Assembly: GCA_964016885.1 (NCBI GenBank)
Contig: OZ024747.1
Coordinates: 87,606,001-87,670,000 of the forward strand
Reading direction: 5' to 3'
From: Eledone cirrhosa
Taxonomy: Eukaryota
DNA: 64,000 nt
A model generated the notes under the pieces. It worked only from the letters and a program-made list of their open reading frames with translations, did no database searches and was not told the origin of the DNA. The number at the start of each line of letters is the position of its first letter. Position 1 is the first letter of the stretch. The position numbers and the translations under genes were made by a program. Shown here piece after piece: positions 22,457-36,190 of this stretch.

Positions 22457-22834
22457 CTAGAAATTAAAAAAAATATATTTTTGAGGAGAATTCACAGATA
22501 AATCTTAAAATACCAGTTTAATATGTGTGTTTGTATTAAAATAACAGTTTAATACCTATGTGTATGGACATTAAATGATGATGATGATATATACACATTA
22601 AAATAGCAGTTTAATGTGTGCATATATATATAGAAAGAAAAGTGCAACATGGCTAAATAGTTAAGAATTTTGCTTTGAAATCATAAAATCTTGGGTTGAA
22701 CACACAATGTGGCATCTAGGACAAAAGTAATTTATCAGAGCCTCCAGTTGACTCAAGCTTTGTGAGGTAAACCTAGTACCAGTAACAGCTAGAAAGGGGG
22801 CAGTCGTAAAATCAGTCAGCTGGAATTTGCAGGC

Positions 22835-23575
22835 GACATGGTGTTTCTTCACTCAACAGAACAGGATCTTCAATATGCACTTGATACGTTAGATGCTGAG
22901 TGCTGCATGGCTGGAAAGAAAATCAGTGCTGCGAAAACTGAAACCCTCGTCCTCTCAAGGAAGCCTGCGGAGTGCACTCTACATGTAAAGCAGGTAGAGA
23001 AGTCAGGGCCATGTTCATGAGTGATGGAAGGCAGGAGGCTGAATTAAGTGCAAGAATTGCAGGAGCAGATGCAGTAGTGCGCCAGCTTCAGCATTTCGTA
23101 ATTAGAAGGGAGGTAGGTGTAAAAGCCAAACTTGCCATCTCCAATTAAGTATTTGTGCCAACCCTTACCTATGGTCATGAATCTTGGATAATGACCAAAA
23201 GAATACGATTATAAATACAAATGGCCAAAATGGGTTCCTCCAAAGGGGTTCGGAGAAATGTTACTCGATAGAGTGCATAGCTTACAGATCAGAGAGTCAC
23301 TCCAGATAGAGCCACTACTTCTCCAAATTGAGAGATCACAGCTCTGATACTATGGGAATGTGGTTAGAATGACTCAGGTCAGATTTTACGGGCAAAACCA
23401 ACTAACAGGAGACCCAGGGGTAGACCCTCAGCAAGATGGTTGGATAACATCCATGAGCTCGGCTTCTGACAGCACTTGTTGGAAGGAGTGTTTGAGGACT
23501 CTGCCCCCACGACCCTCTCAGAAATAAGTGGACAAAGAGGAAGATGAAGAAGGAGGAGGAGGAAGAGGAGGAGAA
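22835..23575 (+). mobile_element. Decayed RTE-clade (Expander/Rex3-like) LINE, RT to 3' end
   Basis: DLQYALD..ECCMAGKKISAAKTETLVL, PTLTYGHESW, EPLLLQIERSQL, GRPSARWLDNI; stops and frameshifts. Confidence 0.82.
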
Positions 23576-23843
23576 TATCTAATTATGATGATGTCAAATA
23601 CATGTAGACCATCATGCTATGTTTTTCAGATTCTTCATTTGTGGGGCTTGTTATTATTACGTTCTGAGTTCAAATCCCGCTTTGCTTTGCATCCTTACAG
23701 GGTCGATAAAATAAAGCACCAGTAATGCGCTGGGGTCTGTTTAATCGATTTTCCCCTCCCCTTCAAATTGCTGGCCTTGTGCCTAAAGTAGAAATGGATT
23801 GGAACACACATACACAAGAACATCACCATAATTATCATCATAC

Positions 23844-23955
23844 CTGATAATCCTTTAAATATGTGAGATCAGTAGAATCATGAAGGGAAATTGTAGTAGT
23901 GTTTATTGTAACATATGGGTTTAATTCAGCAATTCTTTTATAACAAGCTTCAGCT
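23844..23955 (-). CDS. UBA6: UBA6-type E1 enzyme, most 5' exon found (112 nt)
   Basis: ttcag acceptor, gtatg donor; (R)AEACYKRIAELNPYVTINTTTISLHDSTDLTYLKDYQ, with the ELNPYV motif of the E1 inactive adenylation domain. Confidence 0.93.
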
Positions 23956-26900
23956 CTGAAAATAAAAATATTTGAAAGAAATAAAGAAAACAAAACGCAT
24001 AACATTTTTAAAGCAATTATAAATGGGGTTAAATCCAAGGGAAATAATTCAAAGCCGTCAGAGTTATTTTCCTTGAAATATTCATGATGGAAACTGATGA
24101 CCAAGCAAAATACATTTAATATATGTTTCTTTTCTCTTACAAAATTATCGCTATTAGTTACACATCTTATTCTCCCTTTACTTTACTTGTGTCTGTATAT
24201 CAATACTCATGCCCCCTCCAATCCTTAGCTACTCCTCTCTTCTAAAGCCCTGAGATATCCCCACTATTGCACACTAGTGGCTACTCTCTCTCTACCACTT
24301 GTGTACCCCCCCCCCCACTGCCATCTCTTACCTATCTCTCATCACTGTCCCCATCCACCCCACACTCTATCGACTACATTCCTCATACCTATTACATCCC
24401 ATCTCCGCACATACTATCAGCCACCACTTCCCACATACATCTATAACTTCATACCTATCTCCCTCCCCTATCTTTGAAAATTCATCCAACCCTTGCTAGC
24501 GAGGAATCATCACCGTTTAACGTCCATTTTTCCATGCTTGCATGGGTCAGACATACCGTCCAGGTTGAGAGACAAGTTTGACCAGGATTGGCTACACCAT
24601 ACCTTGCTCTGACAGGACTGTAAATTTGGCAAGGATTTTTACAGCTGGATGTCCTTCTTAACACCAACCACATTTACAGTTTGGGAGTGGATGGCTCGGT
24701 TATGAGGAGGGACAGGCCAGATGGCCGTGCCGAACCCTTCTCACAGTGGAACCATAGCTTGGGACCCGCACCCACAATTAGAGTGTGGAACTGAATGGCA
24801 CTGCTATGAGGAGGGACAGGACAGTTGGCTGTTAAGTGATGATGATGATGGTAATGAAAAGGTTAACAAACAAACTTCCTCAGCCTAAAATTTGTGACCT
24901 TGTACTATATTAATTACTGTGTCATATTAAATAGTGTTTCTCCACCCACCCCTTGTAATAATGTTGCTTCTACTGTTTGTTTAATATTAGCAAAAAGTTG
25001 TTAGTTCTGAAAAAAATCAAACATGTCAAATTGTACAAACAAAAGGTGTTGTTATTTCCTGCTATAAACAAAATATTCCTCAAACATCAATAATGACAAA
25101 ACCTGCCTTTTAAGTTATTCAATTGTCTAACAAAAACATTACATCATATTCACAATTGTTTTTAAAATGTATGAAGGGTTTTTCTGATGACTTGTTTTCT
25201 CCCCAAACCTGGAGGCTATTGTCCTGCTTTCAACAGTGTTAAGTAACTGAAACTATAAGATACCAGTCCATAACAAGTTACTGCTGGTACGTATTTTCAA
25301 CTGAGTCTATTGGAGCAATGTGAAATTAAGTGCTTTGCTCAAAAACACAACACACCACCCAGTCAAGGAATTGAATCCATGGCATTATGATAGTAAGTTC
25401 AACACCAAAACCTCTAGTTCATGCATCTTCTCTTTTCTGGTGCCAGGATTAAGTATTTAATGCACTATAGAGTATATGGAACACGTTTATCTGGTAGACA
25501 CAACTACACAGAAACCAGACATTGAGGCTGATGAAAGTCTGATGAATTTCAAAGAATTTAGTAAAATAACTTTCTAATTATTCTGCTGGTATTTGAAGTA
25601 TAGCTTAACAAAAGTTCTTTCAAAAAATTATGATGGAAGGTTTTCAGATAAATATAGACACTTTAAAATAAGTAATTTTCTATTATACAACCAGGGGAAG
25701 TTTAGTATCAAAAGGGTTAAGGAAAGGTAAATTATACCTTTGCCCAAACACCTAAACAAGTGATGCACACTCTTTTTCAAGAGCTGGTCTATTTACAAGG
25801 AAAACATACACCACCAAATATATATTTACTTGTAACTAACTGCATTATGCAACATAGGACATAAGACTTGCCCAAAACTTTGGTATGGATCACTGGTGGT
25901 CCACCTGGGCCACATTGTGTATCACTGACCTAAAATATTTAGTTATAAAGACTCTTTTACTGTTTAGAATTAAGTAATCTCCAGATTTCCTTTCTATCAA
26001 TTTATGTATTTTCCTCAATTAAAATCTGTCTCCTCCTTTTCTCTTCCTTTTGCAATCTTTCTCTCTTTCCACACACATATACACACACACTGATATCATA
26101 TACAAATTTTTATCTTTCTCTCTCTCATCCACTTTACCTCTCATTTTATCATATAACCTCTCTAATTCTCTCTTTCTATTGTAAATTTCTATCTTCGAAA
26201 CTCGCTTTCCACTTTTCGTCTCTTACACTATATCTTTCTTTCTCTCTCACTCTTTCTTTCATACCTTACTACCTGTTCACATGATTACCTGTCACACAAC
26301 CTATCTCTCCATTCTATCAGTTACTCACATACATTTTATCTATCTAATTAAATTATCTTTATATGTTCCTTCTCTGTGTTTCACCTCTCTCAGCACAGCA
26401 ACTGCTTTCTCCTCTCAGTATGACAAAAGGAGGCAAACCAACAAAATAAAATTGCTGACTGATTTAGTGTTTTATAGTAACTCTCAATATGTTGTATAAT
26501 AAAATAACGGGCTCTGTGTACAGACATTTACACAGACTAGAATACATAAACATGCACACAAATTCACGTTAAAAGCAATAAAATGTTTTCGCCTGAAATG
26601 GTAGAGCACATAACTAAATGTATATTCAAGAGAGTATGTTTGTGTAGATTAATGTATTAAAATGTTGATGTATGAGCATAAACATATGTTTGTAATTGAA
26701 TATATATGAGTGTATATATGCATGTTTGTATATGTATAAACAAATATGTCTTTTTGTATGTCCTCATGTAAATGTGTTTGTGTGTACTAGCCTGTGAAAA
26801 TGTCAGTACACATTTCCTATTACTTTGTCATCATTCTGTATCATCCAACTGAGTGATGTCAACCTTAAAAATATCAAGAGCATATCTGCAGTCAGTCAGT

Positions 26901-28162
26901 AGCTCTGATATTGCAGCACAGTGGCAGTTAATACAATACAGAGTAGTGAAACAATCTCCTATATAACAACTGATGTCCAAACATTAGACTTATAAATAAT
27001 GTGTCTGGCCACTATATAACCTTCCACCAAGTTTACCAAACAATCAAAGGTCAAAATAAAAGTTTCAATTGTGATACTGACATCCAGCAAACATTCCTGC
27101 ACTTGCACACCTCCTCTTTAACATTATACTGAGTACATACATGACAGTTAGTTTGAAATTGTTTCTCTACAAGTTAAACATGAAAATGTGGGACTGTGTG
27201 TGTGTGTGTGCATATGTATATATGTAAGCATGCATGCATGTGTGTGTTGGCGATGTGTTTCTCTTCACTGCTTTTCACTATCTTAAAAAGTAATATCATG
27301 CATTTATAAAAACCAAATGTAACTGATACAGAAAATTCTGAACTAGCCATTTATCAGGTATTTTAGCCATTGGTCATCAGTTGTTCTGGTAGTATAGCCA
27401 TAGGTTACCTCCAATGAAGCAAACTATGATGGCATTCCAGCCATAACCATCCTGTTTTCTTTCATTTTTTTTCAAGAGTAGTCATTATTATCATCATTTT
27501 ACACTCACTTAACATGCTGGACATAAGGATGATACATCACATAGGTTTCCAAAACTAACCTGGCTGAAATTTACTTAACTTCAGTGATCAGACAAGCACC
27601 TATGCTTTCAAAATGATATAGTCATAAACTATGGTATGGCATTAAATATAGTAAAATCTAAACTATAATAAAGGAAAGTCTGCAGGACTGCGTATGTTTT
27701 TATTTTATCCCGTTAGTAAAATAAGTTGGATTACTTTGAATAAATAATGAATGAATATTACATAATTTATCTACTAAATTTCGTAAACAAAAATAATTTC
27801 ATAAAAATAAATAATTTAAAATTGACTTCTTTTCAAAGTTGCACTTCCAGTATATTGTTGCCACCACAACCACTTCAAATACCATATATATAGAAAGAGA
27901 GAGTGTGTGATGTCAACACTTCCGGTGGCGATCACTTAAATAAACATACTAATTTTCTGTCACTAATTTTCTCCTAATGTAGTTTATATATAATATCGTC
28001 TTTTTTTAATGTATCATGAATTACGTTACTGATTACATAAGACAGTGTAACAACGTCTTCATTCAATTTCTGTTTATATTGTCAATTTTACGATTTTATT
28101 TGATGTATCATATCTACATGTATATATACTTGTGTATAATATCAATATACACACTACACATG

Positions 28163-28200
28163 CTAGCAGAAAACCACCCGAAGGGTGGTTTCTCTGCTAG
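28163..28200. repeat. 38-bp hairpin bounded by CTAG at both ends
   Basis: ctagcaga-aaaccaccc-gaa-gggtggttt-c-tctgctag. Confidence 0.85.
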
Positions 28201-29734
28201 TTTTATATAATATAATTAATATATAACTATATCACCCAATATTATTGTATAGTGAAATTTAAAGGATTTTTGGCTTCTATGCAAGTTAAGCAACTGCATA
28301 GAGGTTCCACCATTGGTGTATTCAGAAATATATTTATATTCAGAAGAAAGGAGAGAAAAGAAACCAATTACCAAGTCAGACCAAGGAAATAATGTTTCCA
28401 TTTGTCTTTCCATTGCTGATATTATCTATTGAGTGCAACTCCAAGCAGAAGTGTCACTGCTTTTCTGGTGACAGGCAGTGGGATTGGAATTCAGAATACA
28501 CAGAGCCAAAACAGATATCACAAATCCTCCTGTCTGATGATTTGACCATTCCATCAATGCACCATCCTTGAACTCTTATTTTATTTATCAACCCCGAAAA
28601 GATGATGTGCAAAGCTGACCCAGGTGGCATTGGAACTCAGAGTGCAGAGAGATGAAACAATCCTGACACTCTCATGACAATTCACCACCTTTTAATATTC
28701 ACTCATCATCCAATACAAAAAGAAAAACATTCAATAGACAAGGAAGTATATATAGAACTATATTTATTGCAATAACATGACCATTTCAGAACAAAATAAA
28801 TATATATTTTTCTGTTTATTTCCCTTTGTTTTTATTTTAAAAATATTTTTTCAAATCTATTCTGGAATGTTTATATTTCCATATTTGCTTCAATTGTTTT
28901 AACAACTTGATACTCTTTCTAACATTAACATTAATCACTCCCAACTACACTATGGAGTAGATGATTTTATTTCCCTGTTGTTTTTTAAAGAAAAAAGAGG
29001 CAGGGGGAGTAGAAAGGAAGAGAAAATGAATGATAATGCAGAACAAGGGAGAGATAATAGAGGAGGAGGAATAGTAAATAGAGAAATATTTAATGGTTGT
29101 GCTGCAGGTGTATCTTCTTGACAAACCAACTTCACAGTTCTTCACATCAAGTTTTACTTACTTACAGGGGTAACATTTTTGAGCTGAGCCAATGAAAGAG
29201 GCTTCTATGTGGTTACTTGATCTACTAGAAATAGTAACTAAACCACTATCAAATCACACACTACTGTCTCAAAAAGGAAGAACAAATTAGATAAGGTAAT
29301 CCAGAGTACAATATGTTTTGAAAAATAATGGGATGATTATGACTCAATCTGGGCACCAGAGGTTTAACAACAACCACCCTTGCAAGCAGGGAAAAGCGGA
29401 CGTAAAATGATGATGATGATGATGATGAACCCATGCTAGCGTGGAAAAATGGACGTGTGATGATGATGATGATGAACAACATTAACCAGAAGTGTGACTT
29501 TTATTGTCATTGAAGTTTCACTGCCATATAAAGACAGTGGTAGTACAATGGTGTTGTACAGACATATTGTCATGACAATGTTGATTGCTGTTGTCTCATG
29601 TACTGGAAGACTGCAGTTGCTCTTCAAATTCTATAGTTTATGTAAACTTCCATGTTTCCATCACAGTTGTTTACTGTCACCTAAGTAAATCAAATATTTT
29701 AACTTCTTCCACTTTTGTATTTCTATGTTCTTCT

Positions 29735-30130
29735 TTTCTTCTTCTTCTTTTTATCGTGTCCACAAGAGTGTCAATTACAAAGCTTGGCTAGATGTGGTTC
29801 CACCACAGCTAAACACATAGCAGAGTTTAATGAGAAAGGGCAGCTAAGTCCAATGCTGTGCAGGAATTTTCCAGCAGGGGGAATATCAGGAGGTGCTGTG
29901 TAGTCTGGGGTTCAGTGCTGCAGTCATACATGTCACCATCCTTTAAATATCCCCATTTTGCAAGATTGACTTTTGCACGTCCAACACCAGATCTTAGTCT
30001 GTTTAGGCATTTCCACACTGCATAGTTTGAATCTGCTCCGGGGAGCAGTGCCTCGCTCACCTTTAGCTCCATTGTTGTTACAGATGGGAGGTTGTTAAGT
30101 TTTTCTTCCCAGCGAGTGAATCTTTCACTA
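29735..30130 (-). mobile_element. Decayed 3' end of a non-LTR retrotransposon (Ingi/Vingi-like)
   Basis: LPGAD..VWKCLNRLRSGVGRAKVNLAKWGY...QTTQHLL..PLLENSCTALDLA; (GAA)n tail; same family as 900-1170. Confidence 0.7.
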
Positions 30131-30350
30131 CTTATGCTTGATGTTCCTATATTGATATGGCATTAAGAGTTGCTGTTAATTTGATTAGTCTTTGTTTTTA
30201 CACAGCTAATCCTAAGTCCAATCTTTCCTGCTGTTTATTTTCACCTTGTGATAATGGATTTAAATAAAATTTAATAAAAAATTCATTATATGTTGTTGTT
30301 GTTTTCATATCAATAAATTCTTGCTAAAACACAATGTTTATTTAATTTAA

Positions 30351-30571
30351 CACTTTAGCATTTACATTACTATATATTTACTATTGTATTTTTGTGGTAA
30401 AGGCTTTATCTCACATAATTATCTCACATAATATCGAATCTATAAGATTTTAATATTATTTATTTTGAGAACAATACCTTAACGTCAGTCTAAGGGGCCA
30501 GTTATGCCCAGTTTGAATAGAAAGAGGTGATATAATTCTGGCTGGATACGGCTGGTTTAAATGCTAAAGGG
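30351..30571. mobile_element. TTAA MITE copy
   Basis: aligns with 38640-38860. Confidence 0.78.
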
Positions 30572-31819
30572 ATAATGTCCTATTACAATTGGGGTGTTTG
30601 AAATTGTAAAGTATAGGTATGGGCTACCTCCTGTGGTCGACAAAATAAGTCACTGTGATATACTCATGCCAGTTCATTTATCTCATCCTTTTTCCTATGA
30701 ACATGAGCTTTATATATTAAAAACAAACTGATGTTTGATATTACTAAATAGTATTAAAATAAAAAGAAAACATTCTGCATTAGTTCATAAAAGCAAACAT
30801 CTAAACTTGAGGCCTATACTAACAAGTTCAAACAGATAAAAAAAAATTATTAAAAGAATATACTGTATATTACTAAAAGAATATACTTTGTAAACTGTCA
30901 ATTAAAATGTGATGAGGAGGTGTGGTGTACAACAAGAGAAACAAATAAACCAGAGTTTTTGCAGACAAAAGCCAACTATAATAGCTAAGAAGCACAACAA
31001 AGTAGAAAATAAAAGAAAGAAAATCACACAATCAGGTTTTCATTAACTGAAAGTCAGACTAAATAATCATTACTGAAAGTAAAAGATTTCTCCTGCTCTG
31101 TAGATCTACATGAGAAATTGTGTCAAAAACATTGATTATCTTAAAGAACAATTATCAAAAGAGAATTAGAAAAGCAGTTGCTATAAGTGTATCTTATATC
31201 TGATAAGAAATAGATTATAAAATACAGGATATGAAAATAAAGTGGTACACTATAGAATAGTGTCATAAAAACTAGTAGTAGTATTTGTTGTTGTTGTTAC
31301 AACTCAGACCTGCATATGTTACCATATTCCTCATGAAAACAGTCTATGATTTGCAGATCATTTTGAAAACAACTGCATTATTAAGGTGGTGTTTGGAATG
31401 TAACTTAACAATGGTTCTTACATAACATTGTGATGGAAATTTTAGATAAATACAAACACTTTAAAATAAACAGTATTGTAGAACTAGAGGCAGTTTCAGG
31501 TGGTCTGGTTTCAAAAGCGTTAACAGACAATCTCTTTCCTTGGTAATCGTGATGTTGTTCTAGTGTAAGAAGCTAATACCACTTTAAACAGAAATAGTGT
31601 TAGATCAGCTGAGGAACTGACACTTAGCTGTGAATTATTTCATAATGGTAAACTTGTTTTGAATTGGCTATGAATAAAATTTTGCTTGGTTAGCAAGGAT
31701 TTATATTAATATATTTTGTAGGCACTCTAGCTCAAGAGTCCAAAAGGGCTTGGGGTCCATGAGAATACTCAAGGTTTCAATTGAATCTGACATTTATATA
31801 AGAAATGAAAGTACATAAA

Positions 31820-32010
31820 ATAATTGTTTCTACTTTAGGCACAAGGCCAGCAATTACCCAGTGCATTACTGGTACTTTATTTTATCGACCCCGTAAGGAT
31901 GAAAGGCAAAGTCAACCTCGGCGGGATTTGAACTCAGATCGTAAAGGGACGTAACTATGCTGGAAAGCATGGGTGTCCGACCCTCTACCGATACTGCCAA
32001 TCCACCACCA
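31820..32010 (-). mobile_element. tRNA-derived SINE family B
   Basis: reverse complement of 35241-35433; flanked by the direct repeat aaagtacataaaataat (TSD-like). Confidence 0.85.
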
Positions 32011-32299
32011 TAAAGTACATAAAATAATACAATAAAATACTACTTGCTTATACAGGTTTCTGATTTATATATAACTAGTCTTTATTTTTATAACTGATTA
32101 TTTTCATATCTATTTTTGTACATAGCTAGGGTTGATGTGGGGACAAGGATTTCATTGGGAGCTTGCTCTATATTACGTTCTCCACCCCACATGTGTGTGT
32201 GTTATTAAATATCCTATGCATGCATGTCTGTATGTGCACACACACACACACGCACACACACACAGGAAAACAGAAAGAACTAGGTATGAAGAAGTGGTC

Positions 32300-32650
32300 A
32301 GAAGGAGAAATTTATTGAGTGTTCAATCTTTAACATATGTTTCTATACAAATACATAACCGTCTACATGTGCTGACTGCATTATCCAATGCTCATTCGTG
32401 TGCACTACGTTTCAGCTATTGCACTTCATCAGAAAGAAGTTAACAGTAAGTAATGCTTATTGCAGAAATGCGGTACCCACACCTCAGAATATAAAAACAT
32501 TTTTTCTTCCTCCCTGTTAACTTCATTCTGATGAAATTCATAATTGAAATGTAATGCATATAAATGAGCATTGGATAATGCAGTCGGTTATGTGATTGTA
32601 CAGAAACATATGTTAAATATTCAACACTCAATAAATTTCTCCTTTTGCCT
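32300..32650. repeat. Diverged long inverted repeat (~145 bp arms), old foldback element
   Basis: aaggagaaatttattgagtgtt...aagttaacag pairs with ctgttaactt...aacactcaataaatttctcctt. Confidence 0.85.
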
Positions 32651-32808
32651 AGTTCTTCCAGTTTTCTTGGTACCATGTCTATACTTATAAATACTCCCAT
32701 GATTTTCTCCTTGGAAATTGTACCATAACCTGTTTAACTGGATAGAGCATAACTACAAAAGTGTTCCAGCTTTGATCATCCTCTTTTGTTTTGTTTTATA
32801 TATTAATA

Positions 32809-32844
<36 letters not shown>

Positions 32845-35084
32845 GGACTACATTATCAATTTTAAGACAGTAAGGTTTAATATGTATGTATACGTATCTG
32901 GTTTAGAATAGGTTTATCGTATACTTGTGTGTCATAAGAAGTGACTAAAAAGAGGGTTATCAAGTTGTAAAACATTGCTTCAAAACAGTCCCACAGTGTG
33001 TATGAAAGTATCATGGGGTTTGTGGGGAAAATGGTTTTGAAACACTTGTTGAACAGTTGGGTTTATTATAAAGATTTGACTACTATTTGACTACTAACAA
33101 CAAAGGCGCTCTCCTTCTTTTCATTATGTAAATATAAATGTATGTAAGTTTAAGAGATGAGTGTGCATTTTGTTGTATTTATTGTGTGTGTGTGTGTGTG
33201 TGTAAAAGGGAATATATAGGATTGAGGAATTCAATGTGAGATATGAGAAGATAAATGAATGATGGTTGGCAGCAATGGAGTTGGGATAAAATACTCTAGA
33301 ATGTTTATTTGTAGGATTTAATGATTGTTGAGGACAGGAAAGAAAGGATAGATGGAATAGAGAAAAAATATTATCACCACTACTACCACTATCACCACCA
33401 CCACCAGCAATAGATTATTATTACTACCATCAATATTACAACCACCAACTTTATCATTACAACCACCACTACACTATTATCACAATTATCACCACCACTA
33501 TATTAGCATTATTATCATCCCCACCCCTAACACTATACTAATAACACTATTATCATCACCACTATCTTTATCATCACTACCACCAATAAACTATTGTGAC
33601 CACTATTTGTACTATCACCAACACCACCTGAATATGGAAGTGAGTGATTAATATCCACAGATGTGAGTGATATTATGTCCTTCCTTGTTACTCAGTTGGC
33701 ATGATACAGTGATTAGGATAGAGGGTGAAAGATGAAAGGGTAACAAATAGGACAGGAAACTTAGCACACACACACATACATACATACATACATACACAAG
33801 GGCATTAAATTTGAAACTGTGAGAAAGTGAAAATGTTTATAAAAACAAATGTAAAAGATATAACGGTTTCTGATTTAGGCACAAGGCCAACAATTTGTAG
33901 GGAGGGGAAAGTTGATTAAATTGACCCCAGTGCGTGATTGGTCCTTTATTTTATCGACCCAGTAACAATGAAAGGCCATAACTCTATGCTATGAAGCATG
34001 GTAAAAGATATATATTATAAACTCAAATGTAAGGTTGTATTACTTTAGTTTGACTTAGTATATAAAAAGTAAACTGATATTCCATATTTTCAAGGCTTAG
34101 TACAGTAATACAACTAATACAGTATCCTAGAAAAAAGAGAACAATAGACTTTAAAAGCACAGGCTATGTTAAAAGTGTCATTTGAGCTAAATTTACAGTT
34201 GTAAAGTAAGAGTCTGAAAGCTAGATTAAATTGAAGCTATAGGCAGTCATCCTTGTGAGTTATGATTTTTGAACAAGTAACCTATATGTTCATACTCACA
34301 CTGCTTACAGTTAAGCTGTACAATTAATGGATTTTTATTATAAAGATAATCATTTAATTGTTTTCTGACAATGTTGATAACGTTACCATCTCATGTCCTT
34401 CGCAAAACATCAGGGGCCTAGGAGACAGAAATGTGAAAGAAATACCTCGGGGGATGAATGGATTGAAAAATAAAGCCTCAAGTAAGATGAGAAAAATAGG
34501 ATTACCCTTGGCATGGTTTTAACACAGACCAGAGTACTAGGGAGTCAAATGGAAGAGGGGGAGGGGTGTCACTAACTGCTCCAAATACCTAAGGTGCAGG
34601 TTTGAAAGGGTGCTATATTTTCTCTAGCATATAACACCAGTTACTTAAGGTGGGGGGCACAACAAATGCCTTTGCCTTGTGTTGAAAATGTTTGCTACAT
34701 GACTGTAGGGTGCTACCAAAATAGACATATTAAAGCACCTGATAATAATAATAATAATAATAATTGTTTCTACTTTAGGCACAAGGCCAGCAATTTGAGA
34801 GGAGAGGAAAGTCGATTAAATCGACACCAGTGCATTACTGGTACTTTATTTTATTGACCCCCCCCCCCCCCCCATAAGGAATAATAATATATATTTTCTA
34901 CACACAGCAAATCTCTTGATGAAAACAAAGGATTACAGCTCTGAGGATTACCACCTTCTACCTCATTACATCCAGGTGTGTGTGTGATTGGTACTTGTTT
35001 GCTGGGGTAGTGGTGGGGATAGGGAACTGGTAGAATTGATAAGTGCAGAAACATAGCTAATAAAGTTTATTTAAAACACTGGAG

Positions 35085-35117
<33 letters not shown>

Positions 35118-35240
35118 GATACAATGCCGTGTTGACATTCTGGTTAAGAAGAGGATGTAGCTTAATTGTAATTCTTCTTCCTCCTCCTTCTCCTCATACT
35201 ACTACTACTACACATTATATATAGATAGTGGATATATATA

Positions 35241-35605
35241 GGGCGGTGGATTGGCAGTATCGGTAGAGGGTCGGACGACATGCTTTGCAGCAAAGAGTTA
35301 CGGCCCTTTATGATCTGAGTTCAAATGCCGCCGAGGTTAACTTTGCCTTTCATCCTTACGGGGGTCGATAAAATAAAGTACCAGTAATACACTGGGATAA
35401 TTGCTGGCCTTGTGCCAAAAGAAGAAACAATTATATATAGATAGTAGTGCTGATGCTGAGTTGCACAGTGAAAGGGTAAGAGAGAGAAATATTGTTTCTA
35501 CTTTTGGCACAAGGCCAGCAATTATCCCAGTGTATTACTGGTACTTTATTTTATCGACCCCGTAAGGATGAAAGGCAAAGTTAACCTCGGCGGGATTTGA
35601 ACTCA
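35241..35605. mobile_element. Tail-to-tail pair of SINE family B copies (35241-35433 +, 35489-35605 -)
   Basis: head ggcggtggattggcag, B box GAGTTCAAAT, body gcctttcatccttacggggtcgataaaataaagtaccag. Confidence 0.88.
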
Positions 35606-35979
35606 AGGAGGAGTGAAATAACAGGGATGATACATGAAAGAGAGAGAAAGAGAAGGGTGGGGCGGGAGTAAAGGCAGTGAGAGGGAAAGGAGGGCAGGGG
35701 TGAGCAATAAGAAAAGAAGCATGAAATTATTACAGAGGTGGTGGGAGATAAAGTATTATGAAGGGGAGGGGTAGGTGGAAGATATTTATAGAGAAAAATG
35801 AAAGAGCAGATTAAAAAATATAAAGGGACAAAAGAGAGATAGTGAGAGACAGAGAGAGAGGGAAAGAGAGGTAGTGAGAGTGAGAAAGCAAGGGAATATC
35901 TTTGCAAGATGTGAATTTGGAGCTATCATTAGTGGATGGAGAAGATAAAACAGATTGGTACTGAGATAGTCCTCTATTC

Positions 35980-36190
35980 TCCAACTATCAGTCACTCTCT
36001 GACAGGTTTGCAGTGGAGCCCATAGCAATGGAGACTTCTGGTGTCCTTGGCCCTAGGGCCACTTTTCTACTCACCACCAATGGCACAGAGTTGGCTACCT
36101 GCAGGTGTAAGCCCCACAATTTGGAATGGCTCTTCCTGCGTGTTTCCCACACCATCCTCTGGGAAAACAACTCTATTCTGTCTGCCAGGG
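35980..36190 (+). mobile_element. Relic of a restriction-like-endonuclease non-LTR element (CRE-clade-like C-terminus)
   Basis: YQSLSDRFAVEPIAMETSGVLGPRATFLL...EWLFLRVSHTILWENNSILS resembles the Y...F.P.A.ET.G..G...QR.S....GN pattern. Confidence 0.65.

Noticed and set aside
26800-26915. C/D-box snoRNA or miRNA hairpin (ATGATGA...CTGA; tatcaagagc/gctctgata)
   Set aside because: The boxes are only ~21 nt apart with no recognisable rRNA guide, and the hairpin is short and imperfect.
27917-27927. ETS-like ACTTCCGG promoter motif
   Set aside because: A single short motif with no CpG-rich context or first exon nearby.
34300-34315. 16-nt minus-strand microexon candidate (tacag...gtgagt)
   Set aside because: Does not match the expected upstream UBA6 sequence or phase, and the pyrimidine tract is weak.
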